Below the pieces are notes generated by a model that saw only the letters and a list, made by a program, of their open reading frames with translations, was not told the DNA's origin and searched no databases. Positions 56,737 through 64,000 of a DNA stretch of 64,000 nt are shown in pieces (within the stretch, counting starts at the first letter, position 1; the number at the start of each line of letters is the position of its first letter). Both the position numbers and the translations under genes were made by a program. Source of the DNA: an uncultured Prevotella sp. (lineage in GTDB: Bacteria; Bacteroidota; Bacteroidia; Bacteroidales; Bacteroidaceae); assembly GCA_905193385.1 (NCBI GenBank), contig CAJJOL010000009.1:18465-82464 (forward strand), read 5' to 3'.

Positions 56737-57185
56737 AAGCATTACTTGTTACATACACAGATATGATTCTTTCTTTAACATTGGGTAATTATAGAGGATG
56801 GATTTCGTTATCAAAGCCACTATACCTTTTGTCTTTGATTGAATGTGTCAAGTATGGTAAGTTATGCTGTAATAAATTTAGCTTAGATGATGTTTACTTA
56901 CAACAAATGTTTTTCTCACAATATGAGAAGGTCTATGGTGAGAAAAAATGTTGCTTGTCAACATTTCTTAAACCATTTTATCATCTTGCAAGTTCTCCAT
57001 TCTATCATTTAATATGGAAGCGTGACTTTGAATCTCCGAGTATGTCATCCTCTCCTTCTGCCAAATACCTCCGCGAGAATCTTCTCTATGCAAAATTGGA
57101 CGATGAGCTATGGGAGCTATTACAAGACGCAGAGAACAGGGATTATATCAAACAGAACATCATCAGTCGATACCTGACAAAATAA
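56733..57185 (+). CDS. Hypothetical 150-aa protein inserted between the brxP-like and brxC-like genes
   Basis: ATGA-overlapped start with the brxP-like gene. AT-rich codon usage like its neighbours. No motif recognised. Confidence 0.45.
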   Translation: MKALLVTYTDMILSLTLGNYRGWISLSKPLYLLSLIECVKYGKLCCNKFSLDDVYLQQMFFSQYEKVYGEKKCCLSTFLKPFYHLASSPFYHLIWKRDFESPSMSSSPSAKYLRENLLYAKLDDELWELLQDAENRDYIKQNIISRYLTK

Positions 57186-57209
57186 CTATAACAAACCAAT
57201 CATACACTT

Positions 57210-60200
57210 ATGGCAACTAAGTATGACGATATAATAAAGCTTCGTGGTGGCAAAGCCGCTTACGACATAGCAGAAGAAAAAAAGGGTGAATGGGTTTCGT
57301 TCATCCCCAATGAACAATTTAACAACGTGTTGCGTACGGTCATAAAGAGTGTGCGTGGAAACGACATTGACAACCACAAGAGTTTTTGGATAAACGGAAC
57401 ATACGGCACTGGCAAGAGCCATGCCGTAGCAGTTGTCAGTCACTTGCTGGGTGATGCCGTGGAAGACATACGCCAGTGGGTGGACTACGAGTATAAGGAC
57501 GCAAAGTTTGCCACACTCCGTCAAGCCATTTATTCACTTCGCGAGACGAAGCGTTTGCTCACGGTCAATGTTTATGGACTGGGAGCAATGACACATCCCG
57601 GAGACTTGGCTCTTGTGTTGCAGAAGGCGGTAACAGAAACGCTCCGCAAGTACAAGATAGAGATAGCTGTGCCGACGGATTATGAAAACTACATTGAGCA
57701 AATACACCAGAACCCGGAAATATGGAATCATCTGATAGATACTCATACAGCTCTGTCGTCTGTTGTTGCCGACAGTGATCAACTGGCAGAAAGCCTGAAG
57801 ACCGGCGACCTTGGTATATTCCACCGCGTGAGCGACACGCTGCGTGAGGCACAACTCGATATACGCCTTAACAACGACAATATCAAGCAATGGCTTTGTG
57901 AGGTGCAAGACCGTCTGACAGAGTTGGGAACGTATAACGGTTTGCTGATTGTTTGGGACGAGTTTACCGACGTTATGACCGACGCCATTGGTGTACCCGT
58001 GTTGAAACAATTGCAAGAGGTGGCTCAGAAGTTCATGAATGAGGACTGTAATTCCTACCTGTTCCTTATCTCGCATCCGTCTGCATTCAACGGCATCGAC
58101 TCCGAACAACTGAAGCAGACCGATGGGCGATACCACCGCATGAAGTACAACATGGAATCTGTATCGGCATTCAAGATTATGTCGCGCAAGTTTGAAATCA
58201 TTGATGAGGAGCGCCATGCCCAGATGTGCCAGCAGTTCTACACGATGAATCCGCAACTGCTTGACATCTTTACAGCCACCAGCAACGACCAGCAGTCCAC
58301 CCGTGAAGACCTATTTAATCTCTATCCCCTGCATCCGGGTACAGCTAACCTAGCCACTCACTACGCTACTGTGGTAGGCTCATCGAGCCGAAGCGTATTC
58401 GAGTTTTTGGGACAGAATGATTCCATCCGCGATTTTCTTGACAGCGAGGAGAGTTTCTTGAACCGTGACACCATCACGGCAGACTATCTGTGGGACTATG
58501 TATTGAAGGTGTTCCAAGACGATGTGACCAACTATGGAGCCGTAACGGAACGCTACAACTCATACAAACTACAGGTCAGCAATGAAGGTGCAGCCTATTT
58601 TGCTGTATTTAAGGGAATATTGTTGCTCAACGCCTTCAACAATGTGTCGGGAGAGAACAACAACGGACTGGTAACACCATCGGAGGACAACATACATGCC
58701 CTGTTTGCTGGAACACGTTATGACAGTGAGGTGGACACAGTACTACAGTGGTTCAATGAACAAGGCATCATACAACGTGCGCCAGGCGGATTGTACTCAG
58801 TACAGTTCTCTGCCCTGCCTTCAGGTGAGATAGAAGAAAAGAAAACAGAGATGCGCAATGTGCAGTATCGCTTTACGGAGCAGATACTTAATTTCTCAGA
58901 TGCAGCCAGCACGGCTTTTGAGAAAAAGATGATGCAGAAAGTGATACGCCCATATGGATTCAAGTTTTTCTCCGACCATCAGAACGAAGCCGTGCTCAGA
59001 AGCCAAATTAAGAATGCACGAAAGGATACGAAGACGAGCACCATGTTCTTCGCTCTGCTGATGGCAAGAAACAACGCTGAACTTGGCGTGCTGCGCAGTT
59101 TTGCAGAGAAATGTGCCGAAGACGAGAACGACAAAGACCTGAAGAATATTGTGTATCTTGTGTTTGACGAGGTGTTTACCGATGCTAAGTATGAGCAGTT
59201 TATAGAATATCAAGCCAACTATGCATGTGCCAGCAGCCATGGCTTCCTCGATCAGCAGAAAGTACACCGCGACCATGCGGTGTCGATGGTAAAAGAGTGG
59301 ATGGATAGCGTGCAGCGTGGCAATGCCATTGTGTATATAAATGGTGAAGATAAACAGCCCATTTCCGTTAAGCATCTTTCAAGCATTGTCAACAGTGTGA
59401 TATCTCCGACCATATTTCCATATGGTCCGGATGCTTGTGAATTGTTACGTCAAAAAGCACCGTCAACATTCTGGCGCCAACAGAACTCGAAAGAGATTGT
59501 GCGTACATTCATATTTGCTACTTCAAAGGAAGAACTGGCAACCATAACCGCTCAGATGCGCCCTATACAATATCTTGTACAAGAGTGCTTGGACGACAAC
59601 ATGGAGTGGAAGGGCGATGTGCCAGAGAACCATCCGTTCAAGGTTGTATATGACAAGGTACAGAGTATCATCAAGTATGCAGACAAGAGCCTGCCATTCA
59701 ACTTTGATGATAAATTTTCTGTTCTGCAGAAGCCCCCATACGGCTTATACGGTAGTTTTGCTCCAATGGCAATGATGGCTTTTGCCCTGAAGTCTTGGGC
59801 AAACAAAATATTCGATATGCAGGGCAAGCCACGCGACAAGAATGCATTAATTGACGATATCGTATGGCTGTTCAAGGTGTGGGATGACAAAAAATCGAAC
59901 AGTAAGCTGAACTTCAAGTTCCAAACACCCGAAGAAGGCAAACTGTGCAAAGACCTCATATCGCTTTTCAAGCTGAACAACAAGAACAATGACTATTCGG
60001 ATGTGACCAGTCTGAAAGATGCCCGTTACGCCATAACATCAGAGTTTCTTGGCAAGAAAGGATATCCGCTGTGGACGGTGAAATACGCCTCGGAAGCTGC
60101 TTTTGCCAGTTTGCCAGTCATGCTGAACATTACGGATGAAGAGTGCAGACTGATAGACAATATCGTCACCATCTGTATGGAACGCGACCTGCGGAATCCA

Positions 60201-60695
60201 GCGTTGGTAAAGGATACTATAGACCTCATCTCTGAACTGAGGTTCGAAATGAAGAACATCCTCAATGTGGATGCAGCCTTCTCTGATGGCTTTAAGAATT
60301 ATCTGATGCAGCTTGACTTCATCAACATACAAGAAGATGAAGTGGATGACGTGAAGCACTTCATCGAGCAGAATCTACAATCAACAGTAGGTTATTGGAC
60401 TGAAGAAGAGGTGGAGAAGAAGGCATTACAATGGAATTCTGCAAGAAGTTCATCTGCAAATGGTCAGCAAAAAACAAATGGCAATGGTTGGCAACAAAGC
60501 AACGACATAGTTTCCGAACCGCCTACCAATAATACTGTACAAACATCCTATACGGATTCTAACGCATTGGAGGAGAAGCGCAAGCAAGCAAAAAAGCACA
60601 TTTCAAGCATTGTTTCCCTTGATGATGCAAAGGCTCTGCTGACCCGACTGTGTGACGAATGTGGAGAGTGGCTGTTGGACAAGATAAACGGTTAA
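57210..60695 (+). CDS. brxC: BrxC/PglY-like large P-loop ATPase (DUF499-type)
   Basis: 1161 aa with N-terminal Walker A WINGTYGTGKSHAV, the GKSH P-loop seen in BrxC. Size and position in the operon match BrxC. Confidence 0.6.
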   Translation: MATKYDDIIKLRGGKAAYDIAEEKKGEWVSFIPNEQFNNVLRTVIKSVRGNDIDNHKSFWINGTYGTGKSHAVAVVSHLLGDAVEDIRQWVDYEYKDAKFATLRQAIYSLRETKRLLTVNVYGLGAMTHPGDLALVLQKAVTETLRKYKIEIAVPTDYENYIEQIHQNPEIWNHLIDTHTALSSVVADSDQLAESLKTGDLGIFHRVSDTLREAQLDIRLNNDNIKQWLCEVQDRLTELGTYNGLLIVWDEFTDVMTDAIGVPVLKQLQEVAQKFMNEDCNSYLFLISHPSAFNGIDSEQLKQTDGRYHRMKYNMESVSAFKIMSRKFEIIDEERHAQMCQQFYTMNPQLLDIFTATSNDQQSTREDLFNLYPLHPGTANLATHYATVVGSSSRSVFEFLGQNDSIRDFLDSEESFLNRDTITADYLWDYVLKVFQDDVTNYGAVTERYNSYKLQVSNEGAAYFAVFKGILLLNAFNNVSGENNNGLVTPSEDNIHALFAGTRYDSEVDTVLQWFNEQGIIQRAPGGLYSVQFSALPSGEIEEKKTEMRNVQYRFTEQILNFSDAASTAFEKKMMQKVIRPYGFKFFSDHQNEAVLRSQIKNARKDTKTSTMFFALLMARNNAELGVLRSFAEKCAEDENDKDLKNIVYLVFDEVFTDAKYEQFIEYQANYACASSHGFLDQQKVHRDHAVSMVKEWMDSVQRGNAIVYINGEDKQPISVKHLSSIVNSVISPTIFPYGPDACELLRQKAPSTFWRQQNSKEIVRTFIFATSKEELATITAQMRPIQYLVQECLDDNMEWKGDVPENHPFKVVYDKVQSIIKYADKSLPFNFDDKFSVLQKPPYGLYGSFAPMAMMAFALKSWANKIFDMQGKPRDKNALIDDIVWLFKVWDDKKSNSKLNFKFQTPEEGKLCKDLISLFKLNNKNNDYSDVTSLKDARYAITSEFLGKKGYPLWTVKYASEAAFASLPVMLNITDEECRLIDNIVTICMERDLRNPALVKDTIDLISELRFEMKNILNVDAAFSDGFKNYLMQLDFINIQEDEVDDVKHFIEQNLQSTVGYWTEEEVEKKALQWNSARSSSANGQQKTNGNGWQQSNDIVSEPPTNNTVQTSYTDSNALEEKRKQAKKHISSIVSLDDAKALLTRLCDECGEWLLDKING

Positions 60696-60699
60696 ATCT

Positions 60700-63117
60700 A
60701 TGTATAAGGAGTTTGGTACATTGGAAGACCTCTGTCATGAAATAGAGGTCGACAAACATTGGACGGGAGCGGAGAGCAGTCTCCGCAACCGCTATCCAAT
60801 ACGTTTTGTATTGTTTGAGAATTTTGGCGACTTTGGCGATTTCGTGCAAGTGTGCCAAGACCATGACGTGTATGTGCAAAGCATAGAAAAATGGATGAAA
60901 GACGGACAGGACGACAAACTTATCACCTATTCGCAACTTGCCGCATTATTCGAGGCTTACATTAAAAGTCTGCCTGCAAACGATTTCGTCATCGCGCCAT
61001 TTTCGGAGATAACAAGATTCTATGACAATGCACATTACGCTGAGTTTGATTCGTTGCTGAAGACAATACGTCTTATCCAATCACCGGAAGAAGCCCAACA
61101 TGATCACCAGCGTATATACGTGCCTGTCATCGGTATGCAGAGCAAGGTGAGCAAATTCAAGGACGATCCAAATATCCACATATGGGAATACCGCTCTGGG
61201 ACAGAGTATGACAACTATCACCTGATTCTTACGAAGGGAACAACATACGGTGTGAAAGGACTTGAAGAACATTATACGCTGTGTGAAGACCTACGCCATT
61301 GGATTGCCCTTTGGAAAAATGTGGGTGCCAAGATAAAGCCGCAGATTATTTGTACATCAAAGTGTATTTTCGCCAACAGTAATAATGCCCAGCCAGACAA
61401 TGCCTTCAAGTATACGATTTGCAACAATGCGTTTGAATTCTTGACCAAAGGACTCTGTATTGATTTTGGCAAATTGAATGCAAGAGAAGAAGATATGCCG
61501 TATTGGGAAGAACTGGCTTCCAATATTGATGTGGCAGATTTTGATTTTGACGCTTTTGTCAATCAACGGTTCAATACATCAAGTTTGAATGAAGAGAATG
61601 CCTTTGTGCAGACATGGTTTGAATATAGGGATGAGTTTTCACGCTGGCTGCTGAAAACTTATTTTGTATGGAAAACAGAGGAATGCAATTATCTCATTAG
61701 GGTCTTGGAGAACGTTGCCTCTTTGGGCTCGTCAGATTTGTTCTCACAAATAGCTACCCAAATCTTTGAAGAGTCTCTTGACGAGACCAGTATTAGCCAA
61801 CGTTTGGCTCTGCTTAGAGAAGCAAAAAGACAGCATGTGCAGATAACGAGTTTGGCAGAACAAAAGGTTAAGGCAAAGTTGTCGGCAATGGCTGCTGATC
61901 CAGAACGTGGGCCATTGTTTGCGATGAAATATATGTCACCACTCACTTTGTCAGAACAATGTCTTATGACGGAATGGGTTGGTCACGGAAAGATAGAAAA
62001 GAACTATATAAAGATTCTTTTCCCTGAATTGTATGCCTATTTGTTGCCTTCAAGTGTGCAAACAGAGAAAGTCAATGGTTGGATAAATGAATATTTCCAG
62101 GAATATTGTCTTTCAAAAGTGGGAAATAGTCAAACAGAAAACCTGACAAACAAGCTCAAGGAACTTAATGCTTCACAAGTCAGTTTTGAGACATGGCGCA
62201 ATGGTTTCAAGACTGTAAAGACATTCATGCACAACAGGCAGGATATTGACATTTACTATTGGATAGATGGGCTTGGTGTAGATTGGATTCCATTCATAAC
62301 ACGAGTTATTGAAAAACACAAGGCAGATGGAGTGTTCTTGAATGAAATTTATGTCGCAGCTTCAGAATTGCCTACAGTCACTTCCGTAAACAAGACGAAG
62401 TTGGATGAGATGGCAGATGGCAAACTGGTGAAAATCGGAGATGTTGATAAGTTTGCACATACGCCGAAAAAATATCCTGCATACCTTATTGAGGAGTTTC
62501 GAATTGTAGAAGATGCCATTTCGAAAGTTCTCTCGCTGTACAATGGCAAGAAGATAGCATTTGTCTCTGATCATGGAGTCAGCTATATGGCACAGTTCGG
62601 AGCAGGACTTAACCTCGCAGGCGTGGAGACAGATCATGCTGGACGTTGTGGACATTGGCTCAAAGGGTCTGCTCCGGCAGATAATAACTATGTTGTTTTG
62701 GATGATGGCCAGACTCTGTGTTCATTGAATAACAACTCTCTTTCCACCAAAACGCCAGTGGGACAGGGTGCTCATGGAGGCGCAACACCTGAAGAGGTAC
62801 TTGTACCTATCATAATTGTTTCCAGTCAAAAAAATGCAAATGTATATTCTGCGAAATTGCAGTCAAACGAAATTGTTGCAAGTAGCCCCATAGTAAGATA
62901 TACGATAAAGGGAATCAGCAGCATAGACACTCCATATGTAACATACAATGGTGTTGACTATGAGCTTCACAATATGGATGGAGATGTTTATGAGAGTGAA
63001 CGATTGAATCTCGTCAGCACTTCAACAAGAATAATCCTACATATAGGAGAATTTAAGCAAACAGACAATCTGAGCATCAACACTGGTGTTCAGGAAGACG
63101 ACTTATTCGGATTTTAA
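60700..63117 (+). CDS. pglZ: PglZ-like alkaline-phosphatase-superfamily protein
   Basis: 805 aa. C-terminal half carries AP-superfamily metal-ligand motifs YYWIDGLGVDWIPF and IAFVSDHGVSY. Position between the brxC-like and brxL-like genes. Confidence 0.55.
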   Translation: MYKEFGTLEDLCHEIEVDKHWTGAESSLRNRYPIRFVLFENFGDFGDFVQVCQDHDVYVQSIEKWMKDGQDDKLITYSQLAALFEAYIKSLPANDFVIAPFSEITRFYDNAHYAEFDSLLKTIRLIQSPEEAQHDHQRIYVPVIGMQSKVSKFKDDPNIHIWEYRSGTEYDNYHLILTKGTTYGVKGLEEHYTLCEDLRHWIALWKNVGAKIKPQIICTSKCIFANSNNAQPDNAFKYTICNNAFEFLTKGLCIDFGKLNAREEDMPYWEELASNIDVADFDFDAFVNQRFNTSSLNEENAFVQTWFEYRDEFSRWLLKTYFVWKTEECNYLIRVLENVASLGSSDLFSQIATQIFEESLDETSISQRLALLREAKRQHVQITSLAEQKVKAKLSAMAADPERGPLFAMKYMSPLTLSEQCLMTEWVGHGKIEKNYIKILFPELYAYLLPSSVQTEKVNGWINEYFQEYCLSKVGNSQTENLTNKLKELNASQVSFETWRNGFKTVKTFMHNRQDIDIYYWIDGLGVDWIPFITRVIEKHKADGVFLNEIYVAASELPTVTSVNKTKLDEMADGKLVKIGDVDKFAHTPKKYPAYLIEEFRIVEDAISKVLSLYNGKKIAFVSDHGVSYMAQFGAGLNLAGVETDHAGRCGHWLKGSAPADNNYVVLDDGQTLCSLNNNSLSTKTPVGQGAHGGATPEEVLVPIIIVSSQKNANVYSAKLQSNEIVASSPIVRYTIKGISSIDTPYVTYNGVDYELHNMDGDVYESERLNLVSTSTRIILHIGEFKQTDNLSINTGVQEDDLFGF

Positions 63118-63120
63118 ATT

Positions 63121-64000
63121 ATGCAAGCAACTATCACACAAAAGATTCGGGAGCAGTTCTCCTCGATGGCTATATATAAAGACCCTGCATCAACCAACAG
63201 CTTGTTTGCCGGGCGAAACCTTCCGTCATTTGTAAAAGACTTTATTCTAAAGCGGTTTATCAATGCGGATGGAAATGTCAACCGTGCTGAGTTGACAAAC
63301 TTCCTTGATATGGTCATACCGCAAAAGCAGACAGAGGTAAAAGACCGTTTGGCTTCTGGTGAGGAACTTACTTTGCTCACACGTTTCATCATCTACATAG
63401 ACTTGGTGAAAGGTGTGCGCAGATTCGGAATCCCTGATCTTGGCATCAAAATAAATGAAGGACAAATACCTGAGTACGTTTACAAAAATCATCAAGGCGA
63501 ACTCGTTGATGGTGAGAAATGGGGAATTATAAAACTTTCTGTACTTCCTGATGAAGATGGAAAGAAAAATCATGTTGAGATGGTTGATTACAAACCATTC
63601 AAGCCTTACCGCAGTGTTGACATTAATTACTTGCGAAACGCTCGTGCAGTTTTCTCAACGGAGGAGTGGATAGATGTGCTTTTGTCGTCTATGGAATATG
63701 AAGCTGATGGTTTTGAGACAATGACACAGAAAATGGAGTTCTTGACACGTCTTCTTATTTTTGTCGAGCCTCGATTGAATGTTATAGAACTTGCTCCAAA
63801 AGGAACGGGTAAGTCATTTGTGTTTGGAAACCTCTCAAAGTATGGATGGCTTGTGAGTGGTGGTAAAGTTACACGTGCCAAACTTTTCTATGATAAGGCA
63901 AAGCAACAGAATGGTATTATCAAGAACCATGATTTCACTGCCTTTGACGAGATTCAGACCATTATATTCCAGGAGCCAGCAGAAATACAGGCTGCTCTCA
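63121..64000 (+). CDS. brxL: BrxL-like Lon-related ATPase/protease, N-terminal ~293 aa (3' end outside window)
   Basis: Open frame to the window end (not in the ORF table because no stop is reached). N-terminal ...SLFAGRNLPSFVKDFIL resembles the BrxL AFAGKVVRKDL start. Walker A IELAPKGTGKS. Confidence 0.55.
   Translation, partial: MQATITQKIREQFSSMAIYKDPASTNSLFAGRNLPSFVKDFILKRFINADGNVNRAELTNFLDMVIPQKQTEVKDRLASGEELTLLTRFIIYIDLVKGVRRFGIPDLGIKINEGQIPEYVYKNHQGELVDGEKWGIIKLSVLPDEDGKKNHVEMVDYKPFKPYRSVDINYLRNARAVFSTEEWIDVLLSSMEYEADGFETMTQKMEFLTRLLIFVEPRLNVIELAPKGTGKSFVFGNLSKYGWLVSGGKVTRAKLFYDKAKQQNGIIKNHDFTAFDEIQTIIFQEPAEIQAAL

Noticed and set aside
57534-58256. 240-aa minus-strand ORF inside the brxC-like gene
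   Set aside because: Antisense to a long continuous + ORF with a Walker A motif. No start context of its own.
1-64000. tRNA/rRNA genes
   Set aside because: Scanned intergenic regions for the GTTCGAATC/TTCGA T-loop and acceptor-stem patterns and for rRNA-like GC-rich conserved blocks. None found. The repeat hairpins are not cloverleaf-compatible.

Overview
This window looks like a Bacteroidales chromosome segment, probably Prevotella-like. The evidence is the TAnnTTTG -7 promoter boxes, a T9SS C-terminal sorting domain, a DUF349 protein, SusC-like TonB receptors and a split chrA. Positions 1-40 kb are mostly housekeeping genes on both strands: H+-PPase 3' end, GH20 hexosaminidase, M28 peptidase, chrA halves, purL, a FadL-like OMP, a 7TM-HD (PgpH-like) protein, gltX, DUF349, a TonB receptor, GSCFA, YfhO, dnaX, an FtsB-like protein, pyrC, a stand-alone MetH activation-domain protein, a metallophosphoesterase, plsC, a radical SAM/SPASM protein, a TPR sensor kinase with a NarL-type regulator, and a T9SS-secreted YD-repeat protein. 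Positions 40.4-44.2 kb hold a CbiK-like chelatase, a TonB receptor and a PepSY protein, which together look like a metal/heme uptake cassette. From 44.3 kb to the window end the content is a defence island. It holds a four-gene Wadjet-like condensin system (JetA/B/C/D, 44951-51274), a DUF4143 AAA+ ATPase with an unknown membrane/coiled-coil protein (51729-53717), and a low-GC type-4-like BREX operon (BrxP-like PAPS-reductase/4Fe-4S protein, an unknown 150-aa ORF, BrxC-like P-loop ATPase, PglZ-like protein, and a BrxL-like Lon/ATPase truncated by the window end). Intergenic space carries several interspersed repeat families: palindromic 'AAAAGGAGTCCTTTTGCA' tandem arrays at five loci, a ~230-bp long-palindrome element in three copies, GC-rich 'CCCCTCCCCCGTAGGGAGGGGAGTGG' hairpins, and a ~58-bp imperfect direct repeat at 40.23 and 51.27 kb that brackets the uptake cassette plus Wadjet. 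No rRNA, tRNA or CRISPR array was seen. All protein calls rest on motifs read by eye with no database search. Hand-counted non-coding coordinates may be off by 1-2 nt.
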